DNA of 63,326 bases, taken from contig CANPZY010000005.1 of the NCBI GenBank assembly GCA_947588945.1, positions 1 through 63,326 on the forward strand, in the 5' to 3' direction. This DNA comes from an uncultured Clostridia bacterium (lineage in GTDB: Bacteria > Bacillota > Clostridia > TANB77 > CAG-508). Shown one piece after another: positions 1 to 9,134 of this stretch (within the stretch, counting starts at the first letter, position 1; each line of letters opens with the position of its first letter). Under the pieces are notes generated by a model. The model saw only the letters and a list, made by a program, of their open reading frames with translations. It ran no database searches and was not told where the DNA came from. The translations under genes and the position numbers were made by a program.

Positions 1-827
1 TATCTAATGGTAAAAGCATAAAAATAAATAATTATCAAATGATGAATATGCATAAAACAGCTATTACAGTTTTAGAAAATTATGTTCCAAAAGATTGTGA
101 TAATCGTACTACTGTAATTGGAATTGAACAATACCTTGCAGAAAATGTAAAGTATGATAATGAATCACTAAATAGTGGGCATTCTCATATATCTAAAAGT
201 GACAAATTTCCACAAATGCGAGTAGGACCAGGAGGAGGAGCAAATGGTGCATATAATGCTTTTATTTATAATACTTGTGTTTGTGAAGGTTATACAAGAG
301 CAATGCAATATCTTTTAAGGCTCAAAGGAATAAAATCTCATAATGTTCATTGTATTGCGGGAGAAGATACATTGCATATGTCAACAGATAAAGGAAATGA
401 TATTCATAAAACCTTTGATTTGCCAGATGATGGTTATCACAGTATAATTTCAATAGACGATGTTGATTGTTTATACGATGATCCTTGTTGGAATGCTGGA
501 AGATATCAAAGAGGCGATAAAACAATGCCTTGGACATTATTAACAAAAGAAGAAATATCTAAAGACCATACTTTATCTTTTAATGAAAGAAATATAGATA
601 ATAATACTTTAAAAGTTTCAAGATATACTATACAAACAGCTATACAAAAAATTGCAAAATATAGAGAAGAAAGAAAGCGAGATAGAAGTAAATTTTCAGA
701 GGAAGAAATAGGAAAAGCTACAATCAATACCCCAACGGTTGATAAAGAAAATGCAGAAAAAAGACAGAAAAGAGATGAAAATCAAATGATACAAGAAGGA
801 CAAAAAAATGATAATGAATTAGAATAA
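1..827 (+). CDS. transglutaminase-like cysteine peptidase domain protein. The ORF is open to the window edge, so the true 5' end is probably upstream.
   Basis: Cys-His-Asp arrangement typical of the transglutaminase-like fold: NTCVCEGYTRAMQYLL ... GYHSIISID ... DDPCWN. No in-frame stop lies between position 3 and the ATG at 39. Confidence 0.6.
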   Translation, partial: SNGKSIKINNYQMMNMHKTAITVLENYVPKDCDNRTTVIGIEQYLAENVKYDNESLNSGHSHISKSDKFPQMRVGPGGGANGAYNAFIYNTCVCEGYTRAMQYLLRLKGIKSHNVHCIAGEDTLHMSTDKGNDIHKTFDLPDDGYHSIISIDDVDCLYDDPCWNAGRYQRGDKTMPWTLLTKEEISKDHTLSFNERNIDNNTLKVSRYTIQTAIQKIAKYREERKRDRSKFSEEEIGKATINTPTVDKENAEKRQKRDENQMIQEGQKNDNELE

Positions 828-831
828 TATA

Positions 832-857
832 AAAAGCCATTCGTTTGAATGGCTTTT
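832..857 (+). terminator. Rho-independent terminator
   Basis: aaaagccattc / gaatggctttt, 11-bp stem with a 4-nt loop, directly after the stop codon. Confidence 0.7.
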
Positions 858-1006
858 ACTGACGCTTAGCATCAGTTCGGGTCAGGTCCTAATCTAGTAA
901 ACTATTTCAGACCTAGTAGAATATCTATCTACAATGTATAGTATTCCTTAATTTATTTAATTATACACTAAAAATTAGAAAAAGTATAGTATTTTTTGAA
1001 AATTTC

Positions 1007-1035
1007 TTGAAAAAGTCATATTCTTTAGTTATAAT
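1007..1035 (+). promoter_or_regulatory. sigma-A type promoter (TTGAAA-17-TATAAT)
   Basis: TTGAAA at 1007-1012, 17-nt spacer, TATAAT at 1030-1035. Confidence 0.5.
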
Positions 1036-1041
1036 AAATTT

Positions 1042-1166
1042 ATCAGTTGATTAATCGAATTATTTTTTTGAGCAAAAAGTGGGAGTAAATTTTTTCGCAA
1101 ATAACTTCCTTAAACGCTCCAATTTAAGACAACTTACGAACTTATAAAGGTTTCGTAAGTTTTTTT
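1042..1166 (+). ncRNA. candidate small RNA of about 125 nt bracketed by a promoter and a terminator
   Basis: The consensus promoter at 1007-1035 is followed about 95 nt later by the hairpin aacttacgaa / ttcgtaagtt (1131-1161) plus a T-run. There is no ORF with an RBS. The next gene has its own consensus promoter. Confidence 0.3.
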
Positions 1167-1234
1167 CATTTTAGAAAAGATGAATCGAACTTCATATTAA
1201 TCTAAAATAAAAAACGTAAATTTTTACAAAAATA

Positions 1235-1263
1235 TTGACAAGTGCGAACAAATGTTTTATAAT
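1235..1263 (+). promoter_or_regulatory. sigma-A type promoter (TTGACA-17-TATAAT)
   Basis: Perfect consensus hexamers with a 17-nt spacer, 30 nt upstream of the ORF6N gene. Confidence 0.6.
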
Positions 1264-1292
1264 ATATACAAATAAAAAAGGGATGTGAATTT

Positions 1293-2186
1293 ATGGAAGA
1301 GAATAATTTAATAGTTCAAAACGAGTTATCAAATGAAGATATAAAGAATTTAATATATACAGTAAGAGGAAAACAAGTTATGTTGGATAGTGATGTAGCA
1401 ATGTTATATCATTGTGAGACTAAATATGTAAATCGTGTAGTAAAAAGGAATATTGAGAGATTTCCAGAAGATTTTTGTTTTCAATTAAATGAAAAAGAAT
1501 TTGAAGTTTTAAGGTGCCAATTTGTCACCTTAAACGGAAATGGAAGAGGACAACATAGAAAATATTTGCCTTATGTATTTACTGAACAAGGTATAGCAAT
1601 GTTATCAGCCTTACTAAAAAGTGATGTTGCAGTAAGTGTTAGTGTAAATATCATGAAAGCCTTTATAGAAATGAGAAAATTTATATCTTTAAATGGACAA
1701 GTATTTGAAAGATTAACAAATATGGAATATAAATTACTAGAACATAATAAAAAATTCGATAAAGTTTTCAATCAGCTACAGCTAGAAGATAATATAAAAC
1801 AGAGAATATTCTTTGATGGTCAAATATGGGATAGCTATAGTGTAATTGTAGATATTATAAAAAAAGCAAATAGCAAGATTTTAATAATAGATAATTATAT
1901 AGATGACAGCATTTTAAAAATGTTAGCTAAAAAGAAAAATGGTGTGGAAGTAGTTATTCTAACATCAGATAAAAGCAATATTGAAAATTTAGATATTAAA
2001 AAATTTAATAAAGAATATCCTGTACTAAAAGTAGCCAAAACAAATAAATTTCATGATAGATTCATTGTAATAGATAATAAAGAGATGTATCATTTAGGAG
2101 CTTCTATAAAGGATTTAGGAAAAAAATGCTTTGCAATCAATAGGATTGAAGATATGGAAATTATAGAAAAGATTATTAATTTATAA
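1293..2186 (+). CDS. ORF6N (KilA-N-related) domain protein with a C-terminal PLD-like HxR(x4)D segment
   Basis: N-terminus VRGKQVMLDSDVAMLYHCETKYVNRVVKRNIERFPEDFCFQL is typical of the ORF6N domain. The C-terminus has HDRFIVID ... GASIKDLGKK, resembling an HKD-type motif. Confidence 0.75.
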   Translation: MEENNLIVQNELSNEDIKNLIYTVRGKQVMLDSDVAMLYHCETKYVNRVVKRNIERFPEDFCFQLNEKEFEVLRCQFVTLNGNGRGQHRKYLPYVFTEQGIAMLSALLKSDVAVSVSVNIMKAFIEMRKFISLNGQVFERLTNMEYKLLEHNKKFDKVFNQLQLEDNIKQRIFFDGQIWDSYSVIVDIIKKANSKILIIDNYIDDSILKMLAKKKNGVEVVILTSDKSNIENLDIKKFNKEYPVLKVAKTNKFHDRFIVIDNKEMYHLGASIKDLGKKCFAINRIEDMEIIEKIINL

Positions 2187-2473
2187 AAATACTCATTATT
2201 TTTTATTAATAAAATTTTGTTTTGCTCTAAAATGAAATGAAAATTTCATTCCTGATAAACAACAGATAAAGAGATTGGCTTTGAATTATATGATTGCAAA
2301 AATAAAGATGAGTGTTTATAGAAAGAATAGACAATAAAAATATTGAAATATAAGCAGTTTTATGATATACTTTTTACAATTAGCAAATAAGCTAATTAAT
2401 TTTTATAATCTCCTTTGGGAGTTAAACACGAAGAAACACTGGCAACACAATAATTATTGGAGGAGGAATCAAC

Positions 2474-3130
2474 ATGAAAGAAAGAATTAAAAGTACAATG
2501 AGGTTTTACCTTTTAGCAACACAACTGAAATATAAAATCAGAAGTGGCTGGGATGAAACACATTGGAACGTGAGTAAAGAAAGAATTGAAAGTATTGCTG
2601 AACACATCTATGGAACGTGCATACTGGCATTAAGTATCGACTCTGAATTTGAAACACATTTAGATATCGGTAAAGTAATAAAAATGCTGGTTCTTCACGA
2701 ATTAGGTGAAGTTGTAATAGGAGATATTACTCCTTTTGATAATATCACTCCAGAAGAAAAAATGGAAAAAGAACATGCAGCAATTAAGGAGGTTCTTGGA
2801 GACTTAATTAAGAAAGAAGAATATTTTGCATTATTACTGGAATTTGATGAAAAGAAAACAAAAGAGGCAATTTATGCTTATCACTGTGATAAATTAGATG
2901 CCGACATACAGGCAAAGGTTTATCAGGATATGGGATGTCAAAAATCCTTAGATATGCAAGAGAATAATGTTGTTTTCAAAAGTAAAAAAGTTCAGCAAAT
3001 GGTGCAAGATGGTGCTAAAACAGCATTTGACATTTGGTATGAATGGGACAAGTCATTATATGTAGATGACGAAAAATTTTCTGCTATTCTTGATTATATT
3101 AAAGAAATCAATACTCAGTCGGGCTTTTAA
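2474..3130 (+). CDS. HD-domain phosphohydrolase, YfbR-like 5'-deoxynucleotidase family
   Basis: SIAEHIYG ... LVLHELGEVVIGDITP ... AYHCDKLDADIQ matches the YfbR/HDDC2 layout. The HD dyad reads HE here. Confidence 0.75.
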   Translation: MKERIKSTMRFYLLATQLKYKIRSGWDETHWNVSKERIESIAEHIYGTCILALSIDSEFETHLDIGKVIKMLVLHELGEVVIGDITPFDNITPEEKMEKEHAAIKEVLGDLIKKEEYFALLLEFDEKKTKEAIYAYHCDKLDADIQAKVYQDMGCQKSLDMQENNVVFKSKKVQQMVQDGAKTAFDIWYEWDKSLYVDDEKFSAILDYIKEINTQSGF

Positions 3131-3179
3131 TGTAACTTGTTTTTGAAAAATAAAAAAAGATTACATCTAAAACAAATAA

Positions 3180-3265
3180 TTGTATTTTATGTAAAGTCAT
3201 GTTATAATAAAAACAGATGGTAAGTTTTTAATGCCGTCCGAAACTTCGGAGGCATTAGTCTCCGA
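3180..3265 (+). promoter_or_regulatory. promoter (TTGTAT-17-TATAAT with extended TG) plus a leader with two mutually exclusive hairpins
   Basis: tgttataat at 3200-3208. Hairpin taatgcc-g-tccga aact tcgga-g-ggcatta spans 3229-3257. The alternative pairing is tcggag (3246-3251) with ctccga (3260-3265). Confidence 0.4.
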
Positions 3266-3300
3266 TAAATAGACAAGATGATATTTAAGGAGGCTTTATC

Positions 3301-4341
3301 ATGAACATTGAAAAGAAACGGATTGAAGCTTGGAACACTGGAAATGGTTCTATAGGACACATCACGCTGGACAAATTAGCTATTCCAGAAACTGTAAAGG
3401 TAACTTTGCTCGGGGAACCTATTATTCCTGAGTCTTTCAACTGCTATGGTCATCCAAATTTTACAGAAGAACAGGAAATGCTCTATATGTTTAAGGAGCA
3501 AGAACTCAAAAGGCAGAACGGTGGTAAGTATACTCCATTGAAAGCAGAAATTATTTATGAGGAAAGAATTTTTGATGTACCGAGAAGCACATTTGATACT
3601 GTCAGAGGTATCCAGAACTCTCTGCTTAGTCTTTCTGACTTAAATGAAATGTTGCAAAATAGGAGAATATTTTGCAAGGCTCATGAGGATGTACCACTGA
3701 ATGAATTCATGCTTTTCGGTTGCTTTTGGCTCGACCAGTTTGGTCAAGTCATGTCAGTTGAAAAAACGGCAAAAGGTAAGCTGAAAACGAACGGAGATGT
3801 TGAGGATTATGATGCCTTTAGAAGAAACAACAGTGAAGATTTCACTTTAACCTCTGGAGGATATGACATTCCCACTCATGGCTCAGCTTGCCCTTGTTGT
3901 GGCAAAACGTTCACAATTGATGATGTTAAGAATAACCCCTGTGTATATATCAAGGGTAAGTTCTATCATGACAGTTGTTGGCGTAACTACAGAAGGCTTA
4001 CCGAAGTTGACAAGTTTACTCGCAGAATGGTGGGCCTTATCTATAAGGACACTGAATATCAGTTTGAGTTGTTACCAAATGGCTATTGCAATCAGGACTG
4101 TTGTTCTCATATTCCATGGTTTTTATTCCATACTGTTGACGGTGATATCATAATGGGCTGGAGAAAGAATGTCATATCTATTGAATGGCAAGAAAACTAT
4201 AAGCTTTTTGATATGAGCGAACTTTTCGGCACAGAAAATGTTACCAAGTGGAAAGAAGATGGAAAACGCGGTATTCACGCTTGGGGTGAAAAGAAGGCTT
4301 ACGAATACCTTAAAAAAGTATTTGAAGCTGTAAATCTGTAG
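3301..4341 (+). CDS. hypothetical Cys-rich protein (CPCCGKTF ... CWRNY ... CNQDCCSH), no family recognised
   Basis: 346-codon ORF with RBS aaggagg 7 nt upstream. GC is clearly above the local background. Confidence 0.6.
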   Translation: MNIEKKRIEAWNTGNGSIGHITLDKLAIPETVKVTLLGEPIIPESFNCYGHPNFTEEQEMLYMFKEQELKRQNGGKYTPLKAEIIYEERIFDVPRSTFDTVRGIQNSLLSLSDLNEMLQNRRIFCKAHEDVPLNEFMLFGCFWLDQFGQVMSVEKTAKGKLKTNGDVEDYDAFRRNNSEDFTLTSGGYDIPTHGSACPCCGKTFTIDDVKNNPCVYIKGKFYHDSCWRNYRRLTEVDKFTRRMVGLIYKDTEYQFELLPNGYCNQDCCSHIPWFLFHTVDGDIIMGWRKNVISIEWQENYKLFDMSELFGTENVTKWKEDGKRGIHAWGEKKAYEYLKKVFEAVNL

Positions 4342-4414
4342 TCCTAAAAAATTTGAAGGGCACTTTGTCCTTCGAATTGCAAAAAGAGAATATAAAAAAT
4401 TAGGAGGACAAAAA

Positions 4415-5770
4415 ATGAAGATTACAGAAATGCAAGCTTATAAGAGGCTTGAAGAAAGTTTCAAGGAGAAAGGTTATTCGCAGGGTAAAAAGGATAATAT
4501 GCGGACTTATTTTTTAGAAAATGCTAAATGCAGTCCAGATAATTTAACGCCTGGACATTATGTGGATGCTGTTAAATATGGAAAAATCAAATTTAGAGAT
4601 GTTCCTGGAAGTTATCGGACAAGAGGATTTTTCTTACATACATTATCTGGTACATTTAAAGATATTGTTGAATATGTAAAAGAAAATCCGGAAATGTTTG
4701 ACAGGCAATTCTTTAAAGACCATATTGCAACAGATTATTATAGCCTTGAGTTTGAGCTTAATGATTTTGAGTATATGCCTATTGAGTACATTGATGAAGA
4801 GATGGTAGCATGTGCTATGTTTAGATCTATTGATATGCGCTATATAGAAAGACGAGGCGATTGCGAAGATTGGTTTTATTCTGTTTATAAAAGAAAGCCA
4901 GAAGTTTTGAATCAAGATCTGTATATCCTAGGTGCAAGATGTTTTGCAGAAAAGAGAAACGGTAAAAACGAATTCTTGGATATTACACCTGAAAAGTATC
5001 GAACACCAGAATATTATTTTGCTTTGTGCATTCAAAATCGTACACCGGTGATGGAAGATATTCCAGAAGATGTATTAACAACTAAATTCCTTGTCAGATT
5101 GCTGAATGATAGCAGTGAAAATATTACTTGTTTCAGTGAAACGGCATTGGAAAGAAAAGTACCTATGATGGGAGTTGGTACAATAGAATGTTGGAAAGCG
5201 ACAATAATAAATGATGGATATCAGATTAAAAACATTCCGCTCAATGATGAAAGAGTAGAATTCTTTTTATCTAGGTATGATAAAGATTCTTTTGAATATG
5301 AATGTAGCTTTAAGAATCATTATAAAAAATACCTTCGCCAAAAGAATTCTATACCTGAGCCTAAAAATGGCGCATCCGAGTTAGGAGGAATGTTAGCATT
5401 GGTAGGAGCAATGGCAGGAATGAAACAAGATGATGCAATAAGTATTGGAAATAAAGTTATGAATGATGCAACAAATCGACAAACAATGCTTCCAATTCAT
5501 TATATGTATCCAGTTCCAATGTCATATCAAAAAATGTATGACAGAGAAGAGTATCTTTTAGAAATCTATAAAAAAATTGGTATTTTGATAGTGGATGAGG
5601 CCGATTATTATTACTACAATGCTATTTTGCCTGAGGACATTTCTATAGAGCAGGATAGTAATGGCTACTGGGTAAAAGATTCTAAAGGAAATGAGCTTAT
5701 TCATTATTATGACAGAGGACCTTTCTACGATAGAACCGTTCAAGTCGACCAAATCAATGTAAATCTGTAA
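4415..5770 (+). CDS. hypothetical protein with DUF4116-like repeats (tentative)
   Basis: 451-codon ORF with RBS aggagga. Contains repeated I/YxPxxYxxxExxxxAxxxxxxxxxxIP-like segments. Ends in VNL, like the preceding ORF. Confidence 0.55.
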   Translation: MKITEMQAYKRLEESFKEKGYSQGKKDNMRTYFLENAKCSPDNLTPGHYVDAVKYGKIKFRDVPGSYRTRGFFLHTLSGTFKDIVEYVKENPEMFDRQFFKDHIATDYYSLEFELNDFEYMPIEYIDEEMVACAMFRSIDMRYIERRGDCEDWFYSVYKRKPEVLNQDLYILGARCFAEKRNGKNEFLDITPEKYRTPEYYFALCIQNRTPVMEDIPEDVLTTKFLVRLLNDSSENITCFSETALERKVPMMGVGTIECWKATIINDGYQIKNIPLNDERVEFFLSRYDKDSFEYECSFKNHYKKYLRQKNSIPEPKNGASELGGMLALVGAMAGMKQDDAISIGNKVMNDATNRQTMLPIHYMYPVPMSYQKMYDREEYLLEIYKKIGILIVDEADYYYYNAILPEDISIEQDSNGYWVKDSKGNELIHYYDRGPFYDRTVQVDQINVNL

Positions 5771-5786
5771 CTGTATTTTCAAACAT

Positions 5787-5826
5787 AAAACACGAATCTT
5801 GTTATTGCAGGATTCGTGTTTTTTAT
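5787..5826 (+). terminator. Rho-independent terminator
   Basis: aaaacacgaatc / gattcgtgtttt stem followed by a T-run. Confidence 0.7.
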
Positions 5827-5997
5827 GAACAGAAATAATAAATTATTAGTAATACAAAATATTGCTTTTTTGTAAAATAATACAAATATTGTATAATTAA
5901 TTGCACGTTGGTAACATAAAAATAAAGATAAAGACTTGATAAATTGCATAATATGTGGTAAAATATATTTTGCAAAATTTAATTAGGAGGGTTTGTT

Positions 5998-6339
5998 ATG
6001 AACAAACGGAAAGTAAAAGAGTTCAAAAAAACTCAGCAACACTTAGCAAAGGAAATTGCTAAAGCATTAGAGGTTGAAAAATTCTCTGTGGACTATGAGC
6101 AAACAGCGATTAGGGCAAAGAACGGAAAAATGAGGTTGAGTAATAGTGTTGTATACCCAAACAATGTTATCCGCGAAGGCAAGAAAAGCAGAGTGATTGT
6201 AATTATGCATTTTTTTACAGAAAAGTGCGATGATAAAATAATCGGAAAGATTCTCAAAAGGCAATTTGCTATTGAAAAAGTTTACGATGGGGTAGTAATC
6301 CGGAGTTCATTTAATCCAAACTCAATAGAAAAATATTAA
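5998..6339 (+). CDS. hypothetical basic protein, 113 aa
   Basis: ORF with RBS taggaggg and a TTGATA-17-(TG)TAAAAT promoter upstream. Confidence 0.5.
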   Translation: MNKRKVKEFKKTQQHLAKEIAKALEVEKFSVDYEQTAIRAKNGKMRLSNSVVYPNNVIREGKKSRVIVIMHFFTEKCDDKIIGKILKRQFAIEKVYDGVVIRSSFNPNSIEKY

Positions 6340-6352
6340 ATTAATAGTTTTT

Positions 6353-6393
6353 AAAGGAAGTGGCCACTATAAAAAGTAGCTACTTCCTTTTTT
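6353..6393 (+). terminator. Rho-independent terminator
   Basis: aaaggaagtggc / gctacttccttt stem followed by ttttt. Confidence 0.7.
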
Positions 6394-6502
6394 ATAATGA
6401 ATTATTACATTCATATTAATATTTAAAATTATAATTGCAAAATAATATAAAAAGATGTATATTAAATTTACAATAAAAATTTTAGAATCTATGAGGTTAT
6501 AA

Positions 6503-7267
6503 ATGGAAGGAAAAAAGACAAATAAAAAAGGAAAACATGCAAAAAAAGATAATAAATTAATAAATATAATTCTATTTGTGCTAATTTGTATATTCTTATA
6601 TTCGGGATTTAATGTTACAATGTGGCTTATTAGTGATAGGAAAACTAAGGAATTAGAAACTGGGTTATATGTTAATGTGGTAACAGAAGATGAATCAAAT
6701 TCTGAAGATATAAAAATAGATTTTTCTAAATTAAAGGAAATAAATCCGGATGTAATAGGGTGGATTAAGATTGAAAATACATATATTAATTATCCGATTT
6801 TACAGGGAAAAAGTGATGATTATTATTTAAAAAAAGATATTTATCAAAATTATAGTCTTTCAGGAAGCATTTTCGTAGATAGTAAAACTAATTCAAATTT
6901 TAATGATGACAATACTGTAATATATGGACATAACATGAAAAATCAAAGAATGTTTGCAGATCTTCATAAAATAAATAATGGCGAATTAGGAAATGAAGTA
7001 AAAGTTAACATTTATACAGAAAATGCAGAGATGACTTATAAAGTATTTTCTGTGCATGTAGAGGAGCCAAGTCTAGATTTAATAATAAAAAATTTTTCTA
7101 ATGTTAATGAAAAAATGGATTATATAAATAATGCTTTTCAAAAGAGTAATGTTAATTTTAATGCTGATTATTTAAATACAGAATGTAAAATAATTACTCT
7201 TATGACTTGTGACAATAATAACAAAAGAAGGGTAGTTGTAAATGCCGTAAAATGTGATAATATATAA
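6503..7267 (+). CDS. srtB: class B sortase
   Basis: N-terminal membrane anchor, NPDVIGWIKIENTYINYPILQG, catalytic His (VIYGHNM), TLMTCD Cys motif and a downstream Arg (KRRVVV). Confidence 0.85.
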   Translation: MEGKKTNKKGKHAKKDNKLINIILFVLICIFLYSGFNVTMWLISDRKTKELETGLYVNVVTEDESNSEDIKIDFSKLKEINPDVIGWIKIENTYINYPILQGKSDDYYLKKDIYQNYSLSGSIFVDSKTNSNFNDDNTVIYGHNMKNQRMFADLHKINNGELGNEVKVNIYTENAEMTYKVFSVHVEEPSLDLIIKNFSNVNEKMDYINNAFQKSNVNFNADYLNTECKIITLMTCDNNNKRRVVVNAVKCDNI

Positions 7268-7286
7268 AAATCAGGAGATGAAATAA

Positions 7287-7991
7287 ATGCTTAATCAGTT
7301 TTCAAGGACAGAGTTATTAATAGGAAAAGAGGCAATCGAAAAATTACATAAAGGTAAGGTTGCAGTATTTGGCATTGGTGGAGTAGGTACTTATGTAGTA
7401 GAAGGATTAGTAAGGGCAGGAGTAGGAAATTTTATATTAGTTGATAATGATAAAATTAGTTTAACTAATTTAAATAGACAATTAATAGCAACGAGAAAAA
7501 CAATAGGACAATATAAGGTTGATGTTGAGAAAGATAGAATACTTGAAATAAATCCAGATGCAAATGTTGAAACATATAAAGATTTTTTTATGCCAAATAA
7601 TACAACAATACTAGATAAGACTGTGGATTACATTGTAGATAGTGTTGATACAGTTACCGCAAAGATTGAATTAGCTGTTCAAGCAAAAAAATTAGGAATT
7701 TCAATTATATCAAGTATGGGTACAGGAAATAAATTAGATCCTACAAGATTTGAAGTAACTGATATATATAAAACAAGTGTATGTCCACTTGCAAAAGTAA
7801 TGAGAAAAGAGTTAAAAGCAAGAAATATAGAAAACTTAAAAGTGGTGTACTCAAAAGAAGAACCAATAAAATTAAATAATAATATTGAATCAAGTTCAAA
7901 ACAAGTGCCAGGGAGCATATCATTTGTACCATCGGTTGCCGGAATGATTATTGCAAGTGAAGTTGTAAAAGACATATTAAAAATAAAATGA
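7287..7991 (+). CDS. tcdA: tRNA threonylcarbamoyladenosine dehydratase (ThiF/E1-like)
   Basis: VAVFGIGGVGTYVVEGLVRAGVGNFILVDNDKISLTNLNRQ Rossmann/E1 motif. Size and C-terminus are typical of TcdA/YrvM. Confidence 0.8.
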   Translation: MLNQFSRTELLIGKEAIEKLHKGKVAVFGIGGVGTYVVEGLVRAGVGNFILVDNDKISLTNLNRQLIATRKTIGQYKVDVEKDRILEINPDANVETYKDFFMPNNTTILDKTVDYIVDSVDTVTAKIELAVQAKKLGISIISSMGTGNKLDPTRFEVTDIYKTSVCPLAKVMRKELKARNIENLKVVYSKEEPIKLNNNIESSSKQVPGSISFVPSVAGMIIASEVVKDILKIK

Positions 7992-8029
7992 AATAAAAAA
8001 TATACCAAAATATATAGAAAGAGAAAAAA

Positions 8030-9052
8030 ATGGAAAAAACAAAGGAAAGAAGTTCTAACTTCGAATTATTAAGAATTATTTTAGCGTTACTTGTTATAGT
8101 TGTGCATTATTGCAATGCTTTTATGGGCGGTGCTGAGGCGTACACAGAGAAAGGAACATTTAATTATTATTTTATAAATTTTATGCATAGTGCATCAATG
8201 GTAGCTGTAAATACATTTGTATTGATAACAGGTTATTTTATGTGCAATAAAAAAGAAATAAAAATATCTAAACCATTAAAATTAATTTATCTTACAGTAG
8301 TTTGGGCAATATTAATTTTTGTATTTAGGCTTTTTATAAAACGTGATTTAGTGTTTAGTGAGATTGCTGTATATAAATTTGTACAAACAATTACAGATAA
8401 ATGGTTTATAATAATATATGTAATACTTTATTTACTTATTCCATATATAAATAAGGTAATTCAATCTATAAATAAAAAGCAGTATATAATATTGCTATCT
8501 ATAATGTTTGGATTTTTTGTAGTTTGGCCTACTTTATGGACAAATATTCCAGTAAAAGATAGTGGATTTGGAATTATAAATTTTGTATTTTTATATTTAA
8601 TAGGAGCATTTATAAAAATTTATTATGATGACTTTAATTCATTTTGGTTAAGTTTTATGGTGTATTTATTTAGTACGATTTTTACATTTGTATTTAGAAC
8701 TGTATCAGCAAAAGCTTTTTATTATAATAGTATATTTATAATAATTGGTGCAGTTGCATTATTTGAAACATTTAAAGCAATAAAAATAAAAAATAGTAAT
8801 TTAATTAATAAGATATCAAGCTATGCACTTACTTCATACATAATACATGAAAATACTTTTATAAATGTATCTATTTTTAGAGAATTATTTAAAGAAGCTG
8901 ATTATTATACAAGTCCATATTTATTCTTAAATTTTATATTTACGACAATTGGAATGTATGCATTTTGCATGATAATTGAATCGATTAGGCATTTAGTTAT
9001 GAAAAAATTAGATGATAAAATTGATAATATTAAATATAAATTAAAAGTGTAG
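8030..9052 (+). CDS. acyltransferase family 3 integral membrane protein
   Basis: SSNFELLRIILALLVIVVHY start motif and about 10 predicted TM helices. Confidence 0.7.
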   Translation: MEKTKERSSNFELLRIILALLVIVVHYCNAFMGGAEAYTEKGTFNYYFINFMHSASMVAVNTFVLITGYFMCNKKEIKISKPLKLIYLTVVWAILIFVFRLFIKRDLVFSEIAVYKFVQTITDKWFIIIYVILYLLIPYINKVIQSINKKQYIILLSIMFGFFVVWPTLWTNIPVKDSGFGIINFVFLYLIGAFIKIYYDDFNSFWLSFMVYLFSTIFTFVFRTVSAKAFYYNSIFIIIGAVALFETFKAIKIKNSNLINKISSYALTSYIIHENTFINVSIFRELFKEADYYTSPYLFLNFIFTTIGMYAFCMIIESIRHLVMKKLDDKIDNIKYKLKV

Positions 9053-9134
9053 ATAGATTACAAAAGAAAAAATTATTACGCCTAAAATTTGACAAAAGTC
9101 AACATAAAGGGTAAAATAGTAATAGGTGAATGAA

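Noticed and set aside
858-960. A slightly GC-richer patch (ctgacgcttagcatcagttcgggtcaggtcc...) considered as a tRNA fragment or att site bordering the island.
   Set aside because: It cannot be folded into a T-arm/acceptor arrangement, and no direct repeat of it was seen at the other side of the island (about 6.4 kb).
3863-4153. 96-aa alternative-frame ORF inside 3301-4341.
   Set aside because: It is same-strand and out of frame within a longer ORF that has a strong RBS. It is explained by the locally elevated GC.
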